This document shows positions 20,002 to 29,402 of a stretch of DNA of 64,000 nucleotides, piece after piece. A model generated the notes under the pieces. That model had not been told where the DNA came from, did no database searches, and saw only the letters and a program-made list of their open reading frames with translations. Within the stretch, counting starts at the first letter, position 1; the number at the start of each line of letters is the position of its first letter. A program made the translations under genes and the position numbers. This DNA is from an uncultured Thermoplasmata archaeon (GTDB taxonomy: Archaea > Thermoplasmatota > Thermoplasmata > Lutacidiplasmatales > UBA184): positions 71,099-135,098 of the forward strand of contig CAWCRH010000003.1 in NCBI GenBank assembly GCA_963797975.1. The letters are read 5' to 3'.

Positions 20002-20805
20002 ATGGAGTCTACGGAGACTGAGCCCGACCAAGGGCCCCCGCCCGCGCCGGCGCTCCATTCCTCCGCTCTGGCCTGCGAGGTATGCGGACGTGTCACTCCT
20101 CACCGGATCCTGCACCTCCAACGCGAAACCGGCCGAAGCGGAGCGCGCCCTCCCCGTTCCGTCCACGGGGTGGCCCGCTGCCGTGTCTGCGACACTGTTC
20201 ACCCCTTTTCGACCCGGCCCCGGGGCCGGTCGGTGGAAGTGCTCGAGGTCCTCTCCGAGGGAGCGCGATCGACCCGGCGACGGATCGTCGTTCCGTTCGG
20301 TCGAAAGATCCAGGTGGGCTCCGGTGTCCCGGACTCCGACATCCCGGTGATGGTGCGGGCCATCGACCGGAGGGACGGACGCCGCGTCGCGGAGGCCCGG
20401 GCCGAGGAGGTCGGCACGCTCTGGGTCGAACGAGAGAAACCTCCCCTCCTCCGCGTCTCCATCATCGAGGGACGACGCACGACCACCACCACGATCCCCG
20501 TGAAGGGCGATCCCGTCTTCGAGGTCGGGCAGAGCTTCCATCTGAACGGCGTCGAGCTCACGATCGGAATGCTTCGTGGGCGAGGGCTGAGCTGGCGGCG
20601 GCCGGGCGATCGCCTCCGCGTGTCGGAGATCCAGCGGCTCTACGCCCGACGGGCGTTCACGCCCCCGGCGGGGAGGAGGGACTGGAGGAGCGTACGGGAG
20701 AGCCCGGTCTCGCGCGCGAGCTCGACCTCGCGCTCGGCCCTCTCCCGCTCGTCCCCGGGGGTCAGGAGAAAGCGCACGGTCCCACGGGCTCGCACGGCGG
20801 ACTGA
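20002..20805 (+). CDS. HVO_0476-like archaeal zinc-ribbon protein
   Basis: CEVCG..T.H.IL, RC.VC..VH, A.EV.TLW, RLYAR. Confidence 0.75.
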   Translation: MESTETEPDQGPPPAPALHSSALACEVCGRVTPHRILHLQRETGRSGARPPRSVHGVARCRVCDTVHPFSTRPRGRSVEVLEVLSEGARSTRRRIVVPFGRKIQVGSGVPDSDIPVMVRAIDRRDGRRVAEARAEEVGTLWVEREKPPLLRVSIIEGRRTTTTTIPVKGDPVFEVGQSFHLNGVELTIGMLRGRGLSWRRPGDRLRVSEIQRLYARRAFTPPAGRRDWRSVRESPVSRASSTSRSALSRSSPGVRRKRTVPRARTAD

Positions 20806-22535
20806 GGGGCGACCAGCCAGGTTTCCTCCTCGTCGAACCGGATTGTTCCCAGCGCAAGCTCGAGCGGTAGGTCCTTCAGATAGTACTTGGTCCCGTGGAT
20901 GACCCACGCCCCTCGCGCGACGAATTCACCGGAGGCTGGCGTCTTCGAGACCTGGTCGGCCGTGACCCAGAAGGCGTCCGCCGAGGCGAGCCCGGCGCGC
21001 CAGGCCTTCGAATAGGCCACCGCCCATCGTCCCGCCTCTTCGATGGTTCCCTCGGGAAACGCCTCGATCGCGCGCTCGGGGGCCTTGATGATGACGCTCG
21101 CCGCCCCGTGGATGTCGGCGTGGAGGTAGAGGTCTCGGTCGCGGAGGTGGCGACGGACGACGCCGTCGTTCGACGCGGCATCGCGTCCCGCGACCACGAT
21201 GAGGCCGTCGGAAGAGACAAACCACCGGAACTTCGTGTACCATCGGACCGCGCGCGGGCGCCGGCTCTCTGCCGAACCCGCGCGGGGGGCTTCCGTCACG
21301 CTCGGCGACGGTCGCTCGAGGCGGGCCTCGGTCTCCGCCAGCGCGGCCCGGGCTCCCGCCGCCTTTGACTGAAGCCGTTTCGCCTCGTCGAAGAGCGCTT
21401 GGGCGGAGGCGCGGGTGGGCCGATGGACGATCAACGGCACCTTCGTTCCCTCGAGATCGACCTCGATCTGCTCGGGGGCTTCCGTGCTCTCGCGCGCCTC
21501 GGCGATCCTCCGCTCTGCCTCCGCAAAGTGCAAGAGGACCGCCTGACCCCCTTCGATGAGCGCCTGGGCCGCCGTCTCCAGGGCCTCCACGGCCTTTCGT
21601 TGGCGCTCGCGCTGGCGTTCCAGCAGCGCGCGCTCGGGGTCGGGAGGGGGAGCGTTCGCGGCCTCGGCCTCGGAGCTCAACGTGGAAAAATAGCGGAGGG
21701 CCGCGTCCGAGAATCGAGGGAGTTCCCGCTCGCTAACCGACGGGTCCGCGCTCCACCGCTTGGACGGATATGGGGTCGCGTCGACGGCCACGCTCTCCCT
21801 CTCATACAGGAATCCTTTCGGAGGGTCGCCCACGCCGTTCAGGAGACCGGCGATCGCCCGGTGGATGGTCGCGGCCGCACCGGGGGCGAACGGACCGGGC
21901 CCCCCGGCGAGCCCGGCCCGACTGAGGATCTCCTCGGCGACCGGACCTCCGAGAGCGAGCCGGGCTGCGAGCGTGCTCGTGAGGTCGGTATGCGACCTAC
22001 GGAGCTCGGCATCCAGGTCCTCCACCGAGAGGCCCCAGGGGTCGGTGCGCTCGGGGGGGCGTTGGTACTCCGCGCCGACCCGGACGAGCCGATGGGCCCA
22101 GGCCCGAGGTCGAGAGACCGCCACGATCTTCCCGTCGCGCGCGACCACCAGGTTACCGGCTCCGAAGAACTCGAGCGCCAGGACGAGGCTCTCTGCGTCC
22201 GGGCGGCGGAAGGTGATCTCGAGATAGCGCTCGCTTCGGGGCTCGTTCGCACCCGTGAGCGTAGCCCCACCGAGAAGGCGGCGGAGCTCTTTCGCGATCG
22301 GAGAGAGCCCCTCCTCATGCGTCGGACGCTCATCGACGAGCGCCGCGAAGCGACCGGGAACGAGGCAGAGCTCGCAACGGCCTCGTCCGGGCGCCCGGAA
22401 GACGATCGTCCAGCCTCCCCCGGAGAGGTCGAACGCCTTGTCGACGTGGGCCATGTCGAGCGCACGAAGCTCTCGGACAAGCGCGAGCGTGTCGAGGGCG
22501 GTGAACCGGTCCTTAGGCGATGGGCCCTCGGACAA
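20640..22535 (-). CDS. rqcH: Ribosome quality-control factor RqcH/Rqc2 (NFACT family)
   Basis: LEFFGAGNLVV, WYTKFRWFVSSDG..VVAGRDA..ND, HADIHGA, QVSKTP.SGEF..RGAWVI.G. Confidence 0.9.
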   Translation of the reverse strand: MSEGPSPKDRFTALDTLALVRELRALDMAHVDKAFDLSGGGWTIVFRAPGRGRCELCLVPGRFAALVDERPTHEEGLSPIAKELRRLLGGATLTGANEPRSERYLEITFRRPDAESLVLALEFFGAGNLVVARDGKIVAVSRPRAWAHRLVRVGAEYQRPPERTDPWGLSVEDLDAELRRSHTDLTSTLAARLALGGPVAEEILSRAGLAGGPGPFAPGAAATIHRAIAGLLNGVGDPPKGFLYERESVAVDATPYPSKRWSADPSVSERELPRFSDAALRYFSTLSSEAEAANAPPPDPERALLERQRERQRKAVEALETAAQALIEGGQAVLLHFAEAERRIAEARESTEAPEQIEVDLEGTKVPLIVHRPTRASAQALFDEAKRLQSKAAGARAALAETEARLERPSPSVTEAPRAGSAESRRPRAVRWYTKFRWFVSSDGLIVVAGRDAASNDGVVRRHLRDRDLYLHADIHGAASVIIKAPERAIEAFPEGTIEEAGRWAVAYSKAWRAGLASADAFWVTADQVSKTPASGEFVARGAWVIHGTKYYLKDLPLELALGTIRFDEEETWLVAPQSAVRARGTVRFLLTPGDERERAEREVELARETGLSRTLLQSLLPAGGVNARRA

Positions 22536-22606
22536 CCGACTCCCCTCCCGCTCGTCTCGGACGGACGGGACCCATTAAGCGTTCTTGCCGGTCTCCCCGG
22601 CCCACG

Positions 22607-23743
22607 ATGGACCCTACGAGCGGCGTAGAGCCCGCCGTCTGGAAGGAACGAGCGCGCCGATGGGCCGAAGGGACGCTGCGGCCGCTCGCGGCGGAGATCG
22701 ACCGGAGCGACCGGATCCCCTCCTCGCTCTTTGCTGCGATGAGCCGGGAGGGGTTCACCGGCCTCGGGACCCCGGAGCGGTGGGGGGGCTCGGGAGGCGG
22801 GAGCCGCGCCATCGCCGGCGTGCTCGAAGAGCTCGCCCGGGTCAGCGCCACCATCGCGACCGACGTGTCCGTCCATCTTTGGGTCTGTGCGGCTCCGATC
22901 CGTCGTTGGGGGACCGACGCGCAGAGGGAGCGATGGCTCCCTCGCCTCGCCAACGCGCAGGTGCTGGGCGCCTTTGCGCTCACCGAACCCGGAGCCGGTT
23001 CCGACGCGGCCCAGCTCCGCACCCGCTATGAGCGAACGTCGAGCGGTTTTCGGCTACAAGGGTCGAAGATGTTCATCACCAACGGCGAGACCGCGGGAGT
23101 CATCCTGGCGTTCGCGACGCGCGAACCGGGCTCGGGAACCCACGGGATCTCGGCGTTCCTCGTTCCTCGTGAAACGCCGGGGCTTTCCGTCGCCCAGCAC
23201 CTCGATAAGCTCGGGCTACGCGGAAGTGAGACCAACGAGATCGTGTTCGATGGGGCAACTGTCGGGGCGGATGCCCTGTTGGGAGAGGAAGGGAGCGGGC
23301 TCTCGATCGCGCTCTCCGCCCTGACGGGTGGACGGGTCGGGATCGCGGCGTGCGCCCTCGGGGTCGCGCAGGCCGCTTTCGAACTGCTGGAGGAAAAGGT
23401 CCGCTCCGACCCCAGTGACGGGGCGTTGAGTCGGCTCGCCCGTGCTCACGCCGAGCTCTCCGGCGCACGGGCGTTGGTCGATGAAGCCGCCCGTCTTCAG
23501 GACGCCGGGGCTCCCTACGTGACGGAGGCATCGACCGCGAAACTGGTCGCTTCCCAGGTCGCGGTGTCGATCGCCGGCCAAGCGGTCGATGCGATCGGCG
23601 CGCCCGCGACCGTGACGGGCCATCCGGCGGAGCGTCTGTTCCGTGACGCGCGGGTCTTCCCGATCGTGGAAGGGACGACCGAGATCCAGGAACGCATCCT
23701 CGGGCGCGCCCTCGTGGCCCCCCGCGAACAGCCTAAGGAGTGA
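22607..23743 (+). CDS. Acyl-CoA dehydrogenase
   Basis: FALTEPGAGSDA, GSKMFITNG, KLGLRGS, ERLFRDAR..PI.EGT.EIQ. Confidence 0.93.
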   Translation: MDPTSGVEPAVWKERARRWAEGTLRPLAAEIDRSDRIPSSLFAAMSREGFTGLGTPERWGGSGGGSRAIAGVLEELARVSATIATDVSVHLWVCAAPIRRWGTDAQRERWLPRLANAQVLGAFALTEPGAGSDAAQLRTRYERTSSGFRLQGSKMFITNGETAGVILAFATREPGSGTHGISAFLVPRETPGLSVAQHLDKLGLRGSETNEIVFDGATVGADALLGEEGSGLSIALSALTGGRVGIAACALGVAQAAFELLEEKVRSDPSDGALSRLARAHAELSGARALVDEAARLQDAGAPYVTEASTAKLVASQVAVSIAGQAVDAIGAPATVTGHPAERLFRDARVFPIVEGTTEIQERILGRALVAPREQPKE

Positions 23744-23746
23744 CGG

Positions 23747-26055
23747 ATGCCCCGGACGCCTCCACCCCGCCGTCGGGACGTAGCGTCCGAGCCCTCCGCC
23801 ATGGCGGCGGTCGAACGGCTCGACCTCGAGAGCGCCGGCATTGATCCCGAGGTGCGAGCCATCCTAGAGAAGGACGGGATCCGCTCGCTCTACCCTCCGC
23901 AAAAGGCCGCGCTGGGGCCGACCCTGGCCGGGCACAACGTCCTGCTCGCCTGCCCGACGGCGAGCGGAAAGTCGCTCGTGGCCTATCTGGCCCTCCTCCG
24001 CGCGTTCCGGGCGGGGCGCCGGGGACTGTACATGGTCCCGCTGCGCGCCCTCGCCCGCGAGAAGGCGGAAGAGCTGCGGGCGTTCGAATCGCTCGGCCTC
24101 CGTGTCGGGGTCTCCATCGGAGACTTCGACCTGCGGGCGGACCAGCTCGACCGCATCGACGTGCTGGTCGCGACCAGCGAGAAGGCCGACGCCCTGCTGC
24201 GGCGCGGGAGCCCGTGGCTCGATCGTCTCGGCGTGGTCGTAGCCGACGAGATCCACTTGATGAGGGACCCGGATCGCGGACCGACCCTCGAGATCACCCT
24301 CACGCGACTACGGCGCGCCTACCCTGAACTACAGGTCGTGGCGCTCAGCGCGACCGTAGGGAACGCGGAGGAGGTCGCCCAATGGCTGAACGCCGACCCG
24401 ATCCAAAGCGATTTTCGGCCCGTGCCCCTCAAGGCCGGTGTCTACACGGACGGCCGCATCCTGTTCACGGACCTCTCCACCCGCGAGATCCCCGGACCGG
24501 GCGACCCCCTCTCCCGCCTCGTGCGGACTGCGATCGAGGCCGGGGGCCAAGCGCTCGTCTTCGTCAATACGCGCCGCGCGAGCGAACAGGTCGCCGAGGG
24601 CCTCATCCCGACGGTGCGCCGCCTTCTGAATGACACGGAGCGGGAGGCGGCGCGGGAGACCGCCGAACTATTGCACACGGTCGCCGAGGAGGAGACCGCC
24701 GGGATCCGGCGGCTCGCCGGGCTGATCCCGTACGGGGTCGCCTTCCACAACGCTTCGCTCACCAACTCAGAGCGGGAGGTGGTAGAGCACGCGTTCCGCG
24801 ACGGATTGTTGAAGGCCCTGGTCGCGACGCCCACGCTCGCGGCCGGGATCAACCTGCCCGCACGCCGGGTCATCGTGCGCGACACGTACCGCTACGACGA
24901 TCGGCTCGGGATGCAGGCCCCCATCCCCGCGCTCGAGATCCAGCAGATGTGCGGGCGCGCGGGGCGACCTCGCTTCGACCGGGAGGGCGAGGCGATCCTG
25001 ATCGCGAAGGATGCCGCCCAGGCGGAGCGGTTCTTGGACGTGTACCTCTCGAGCCCTCCGGAGGAGATCGAGAGCCGCCTCGCAGCGGAACCGGCGCTGC
25101 GCATGCACTTGCTCGCTCTGATCGCGAGCGGAGCCGTTGGGACCGAGGAAGAGCTCGAATCGTTCCTCGCCGCCACGTTCTACGGCCGCACCCTTCCGAT
25201 GAGCGACCTCGCCGATAGGACGCGCAGCGTACGAACCTTCCTCGAGGAGAACGGCTTCCTCGGCACCGGGACGCCGCTTCGAGCGACCCCGTTCGGCCAG
25301 TTGACGAGCGAACTCTACCTCGACCCGTTGAGCGCGCTCGTCCTGCGCCAGGTGGTCGAGCGGGCGCCGATCAATGCAGGGCCGTTCGCCCTCCTGGCGG
25401 GGATCGCCTCGACGCCCGACCTCCCCCCCTTCTTCCTCAAGCGAGGGGACGAGGCCGAGCTGCTCGTACGGCTGGACCGAGAATCGGAGGAACTGCTGAT
25501 CAAGCCGGAAGAGCCCCCCTGGACCTCCCCTTGGAGACGTTCCTCGCGACCCTCAAGACCGCGAGCGTGCTCGAGGCGTGGATCTCCGAGCGGCCGATCC
25601 TCGAGATCACCGATGCGTTCGGCATCGGGGCCGGCGACCTGCGCGCCAAGGTGGAGGACGCCGAGTGGCTCCTCTTCGGGGCGAGCCGGATCGCGAGCCA
25701 GATCAGCCGCCGGCTCGTCCGGGCGATGGACGACCTCTCTCTCAGGGTCCGCTACGGGGTGAGCGAGGAGCTGCTCGACCTCGTCCGGCTGCGAGGGATC
25801 GGTCGAGTACGCGCCCGGGCCCTCTACGGCGCTGGCTTCCCCGACCGCGAGTCGTTGAGGAACGCTCCGTCGGACCAGCTCGAGCTCGCCCTGCGCTCCC
25901 CCCGGTTAGTGGAGTCGGTGCTGGCCCAGGTACGCTCCCCGGCTCGCCCTTCCTCGGTCAGCGTGAGTGAAGCGAAGCCATCGCGGGCCCCGTCCTCGCC
26001 CCGCCGGAAGCCGTCACGGACGCTCGAGGAGTTCCCGCCGCTCGAGGAATCGTGA
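23747..26055 (+). CDS. hel308: Hel308/Hjm Ski2-like DNA helicase, single-base frameshift near 25520
   Basis: PTASGKS, DEIH, LSAT, TPTLAAGINLPA, QMCGRAGRP; C-terminal RYGV..ELL.L..L.GIGRVRAR.LY lies in the 25531-26055 frame. Confidence 0.92.
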
Positions 26056-27121
26056 CCCATTCCGCGACGGGAAGCAAAAGGTGGACCCGCGACTGGGTGC
26101 CCCCCGTCCCTCCCGTCCGGACCTCTCGGCGTAGGTAGCCGGCCTGCTCGAGCCGAACGATCCGTCGCCATAAGGTCGTGGGCGGTAGGGAGCCGACCCC
26201 GCTCTCCCGGGCCAGGGTCCTCTCCCACGTTCGAATGCCCGCGAGCGTAGGGGGACCCGGTCGGCTCGCCCGAGCGATGGCCCCGACCAGGTGTTGCTCG
26301 ATCAACAGACGGTGCTCCGCATCGAGCGGGTGATACACCGAGCCCGGACGGGCGGCGGACCAGCCGATGAGCTCCCGGCGTAGGAGGTCCAACGCGCGGG
26401 CCGCGCCACGCCCCTCGTCGTGGGCGAGCTGGGCTATGTGGTCCGCCATCTCGAGCGGAGGCTCGCGTCCGAGCGCTCTGGCCATCCGCTCTCTCACGAT
26501 CGTGCGCAGCTCGGAGAACCCGTAGGAGGCGAGAACGACGCGGGGGATCGCGAGACCGCTCCCACGCCGGACGCGGTCCACCGCGGTCGGTCGTCCGGCG
26601 AGAACGACCGAAAGGGGTGGTGTCCCTTCGTCCCCTTCGGGCAAAAAGCGGAGCGGACACGCAAGACCGCGGACGATTCCCGCGAGCGGTGGGGCCCCGG
26701 GGTCGATGTCATCGATGACGACCATAGCCGGCTTTCCCTCGCGCTTGAGGCGTCGCAGGCACCCCGCGAGGATCTCCATCGCGGGGAAGCCCCGGGGCTC
26801 GAACCCGGGGTCGAAATGGCGGAGAAGCGCTCCGGCGACCGCCGCCGTCCCACGCGCAGAGCGGACGCGCACGGTGAGGATCCGCCAGTCGCTTCCCGGG
26901 ATGCCTCGGCAGGTCCGTTCCATCCAGTCGCGCGCGACCCGTCGAGCGACGGCGGAGGTTCCGGCGCCCTCCGGACCTTCGACCGTCACGAGGCGAGAAC
27001 GTCCGGCTCCGGGGTCGGCCTCGAGAGCGCGCTCCGCTTGGGCGATGGCGCCCCCTCGGGTCGGGAGGGTCGGCGGTAGCCAGTCGATCGACAGGACCTC
27101 GGGGTGAGCCAGCGCGAGCAT
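25958..27121 (-). CDS. Divergent Orc1/Cdc6-like AAA+/winged-helix protein with degenerate Walker motifs
   Basis: EVLS.DWLP..LP.R N-terminus, GPEGAGTS (no Lys), VVIDDID, Y...EL..I+.ER, G.A.RALDLLR, C-terminal wHTH RLEQAGYL...V..GG.GG. Confidence 0.72.
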   Translation of the reverse strand: MLALAHPEVLSIDWLPPTLPTRGGAIAQAERALEADPGAGRSRLVTVEGPEGAGTSAVARRVARDWMERTCRGIPGSDWRILTVRVRSARGTAAVAGALLRHFDPGFEPRGFPAMEILAGCLRRLKREGKPAMVVIDDIDPGAPPLAGIVRGLACPLRFLPEGDEGTPPLSVVLAGRPTAVDRVRRGSGLAIPRVVLASYGFSELRTIVRERMARALGREPPLEMADHIAQLAHDEGRGAARALDLLRRELIGWSAARPGSVYHPLDAEHRLLIEQHLVGAIARASRPGPPTLAGIRTWERTLARESGVGSLPPTTLWRRIVRLEQAGYLRREVRTGGTGGTQSRVHLLLPVAEWVTIPRAAGTPRASVTASGGARTGPAMASLHSR

Positions 27122-27265
27122 CGTAGAACACAATGCTGATGAATATAAGAAATCATATGTAACGCAGTATCACTGTTCATCGGGGGGCGTTCGTCGGTCG
27201 GCCCTGCCCCCGTCGGCGGGCTATCCTCATATGCGCGACCGAGTCTCTTGGACCGGTAGGCAACC

Positions 27266-28399
27266 ATGACCCGTCGCGTGACGTTGATCCCGGGGGACGG
27301 AATCGGGCCCGAAGTGACGGCCGCAGCCCGTCGGGTCGTAGAGGCGACCGGCGTGCCGATCGACTGGGAGGTCGTGGACGCCGGCAGCGCGGCGATCGCC
27401 GCCTCGGGAACCCCCCTCCCCGACTCGGTCCTCGAGTCGATCCGGCGTAACCGGGTCGCGCTCAAGGGTCCCATCACGACCCCGATCGGGAGCGGGTTCC
27501 GTAGCGTGAACGTCGCGCTCCGCCAGCAGCTCGACCTTTTCGCCTCCGTGCGTCCGGCGCGCTCGATCGCGGGGGAAGGCACCCGATTCCCCGAGACGGA
27601 CCTCATCGTCGTCCGCGAGGCGACCGAGGGGCTCTACTCGGGCGTCGAGCACTGGGTGGACCGCGACCATACGGCGGCGGAGACGGTCAACGTGATCACG
27701 CGCCGCGCCTCGGACCGGATCGTCCGGTTCGCCTTCGAGCTCGCGCGACGCGAGCATCGCCGCAAGGTCACCGGTGTGCACAAGGCGAACATCATGAAGA
27801 CGACCGGGGCGCTGTTCCAGACCGCCTTCCAGGAGATCGCGCGACAATACCCCGACATCCCTTCCGAAGAGCGCCTCATCGACAACATGTGCATGCAGCT
27901 CGTCAAGAAGCCGGAGGAGTACGACGTCATCGTCACGACGAACCTCTTCGGCGACATCCTCTCCGACCTGTGCGCGGGCCTCGCGGGCGGCCTCGGCGTG
28001 GCTCCCGGGGCCATCTACGGAGATGAGATCGCGGTCTTCGAGCCGGTGCATGGTTCCGCGCCGAAATATGCGGGGCTCGACAGGGCCGATCCGGTCGCCG
28101 AGATCCTCTCCGCCGAGCTGATGCTCCGCTACCTCGGCGAGCGTGACGCCGCGGATCGGATCTTCCGCGCGGTCTGGGAGACGATCGCGGAGAAGCGCGT
28201 GGTCACCTACGACCTCGCCCTGCCCGGCTACACGAACCACCCGGTACCGGCTTCGACCTGTTCGGCGATGGCGAAGGAGGTCGCGCGGAAGGTCCCTCTC
28301 GTTGACCTTACGCGTCCGCTCTCCCGTCCAGCTCCACCCGGGGCGACGATCGACCCGCACCTGGTCGCGGAGACCGCGCCTACTCCCCCAGCACCTTGA
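27266..28399 (+). CDS. Isocitrate/isopropylmalate dehydrogenase family protein
   Basis: [43 protein letters not shown]. Confidence 0.93.
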   Translation: MTRRVTLIPGDGIGPEVTAAARRVVEATGVPIDWEVVDAGSAAIAASGTPLPDSVLESIRRNRVALKGPITTPIGSGFRSVNVALRQQLDLFASVRPARSIAGEGTRFPETDLIVVREATEGLYSGVEHWVDRDHTAAETVNVITRRASDRIVRFAFELARREHRRKVTGVHKANIMKTTGALFQTAFQEIARQYPDIPSEERLIDNMCMQLVKKPEEYDVIVTTNLFGDILSDLCAGLAGGLGVAPGAIYGDEIAVFEPVHGSAPKYAGLDRADPVAEILSAELMLRYLGERDAADRIFRAVWETIAEKRVVTYDLALPGYTNHPVPASTCSAMAKEVARKVPLVDLTRPLSRPAPPGATIDPHLVAETAPTPPAP

Positions 28400-28789
28400 C
28401 CACGACGCGCTTCGGCCTTTGGCCGTCGAACTCCGCGTAAAAGACCTGCTCCCACGGTCCGAGGTCCCCCTTCGTCACCGGCAGGACGACCTGGTGCCCC
28501 AGGAGGAGGTTCTTGAGATGGGCGTCGCCATTCGACTCCCCGGTCCGGTGGTGGGCGTAGTCGCCGGGGGAGCTAGGCGGTCTGCCCAGCGCTCGATGTC
28601 CCCGATGAGGCCGGGTTCGTTGTCGTTCACGTAGACCGCGGCCGTGATGTGCATCGCCGAGACGAGCACGAGGCCCTCGTGCACCCCGCTCGCCCTAACG
28701 ATCGCGCGGACGCGTTCCGTGAGGTTGACGAATTCGCGCGGCTTCGCCGTGCGCATCGTGAGGTACTCGGTCGCGCTCTTCATCGACAC
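28380..28789 (-). CDS. YjbQ/UPF0047 family protein, frameshift near 28570
   Basis: [15 protein letters not shown], then in the other frame [21 protein letters not shown] and [19 protein letters not shown]. Confidence 0.85.
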
Positions 28790-28829
28790 CTCCTCTCCCT
28801 CGCGCCGATTGACGAGGGAACCCTCTCCA

Positions 28830-29216
28830 TCACTCGAGCAGGTCCTCGAGCTCGCTCGCCACCAGCGTCAGTAACTGGTCGAGAGCGCGGTTCTTGAACT
28901 CGCTGATCTGACCGCCGTTCGTCTCGAGCCGGGCGAGGAACTCTTCCCCATCGCGAACGAACGAGAGCGAGAGGACGTGGCGGCGGGCGGACGAGAGGGT
29001 CGTAGACGGAGGAGGGAGCGGTGCGGCCGGCCGTTGAGACGGGCCGGAAGCCGCCACCGCGGGAACTTTGGCCTTGGGTCGAGGCGCCGTCGAAGCGCTC
29101 TTCTTGGCGACCGTCTTCTTCGTGGGAACACGTCGGGCTACGGCCTTCGCGGGGCCGCGGCCTGCGGGCTTTGGCTTCGCCCGCTTCGCCGATTTTCCCT
29201 TCTTCGACGAGGCCAT
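28830..29216 (-). CDS. Hypothetical protein with a Lys/Ala/Pro-rich N-terminal tail and a small acidic globular C-terminus
   Basis: Clean ORF in the same orientation as yjbQ; SD-like GGGGAGGG upstream. Confidence 0.7.
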   Translation of the reverse strand: MASSKKGKSAKRAKPKPAGRGPAKAVARRVPTKKTVAKKSASTAPRPKAKVPAVAASGPSQRPAAPLPPPSTTLSSARRHVLSLSFVRDGEEFLARLETNGGQISEFKNRALDQLLTLVASELEDLLE

Positions 29217-29402
29217 TCCCTCCCCTTCGATTTCGCCCCCACCAAGCTCCCCTATTTAGTTGCAGCGGCTCTCAGAAGCGAGCCCGGAGGCCGAAATCCG
29301 CCCGCCTGAGCCGCACCCTCCTTCCGAAAGGAAGGTCTATCCTCTCGTCGTTCTTCGCGGCAATCGGCGGGCCGGCCCGGACGCGATGAAGGGAAGGGAC
29401 AC

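Noticed and set aside
27125-27260. Replication origin beside the cdc6-like gene
   Set aside because: AT-rich patch is short and no ORB-like repeats with G-strings were found; more simply a promoter region
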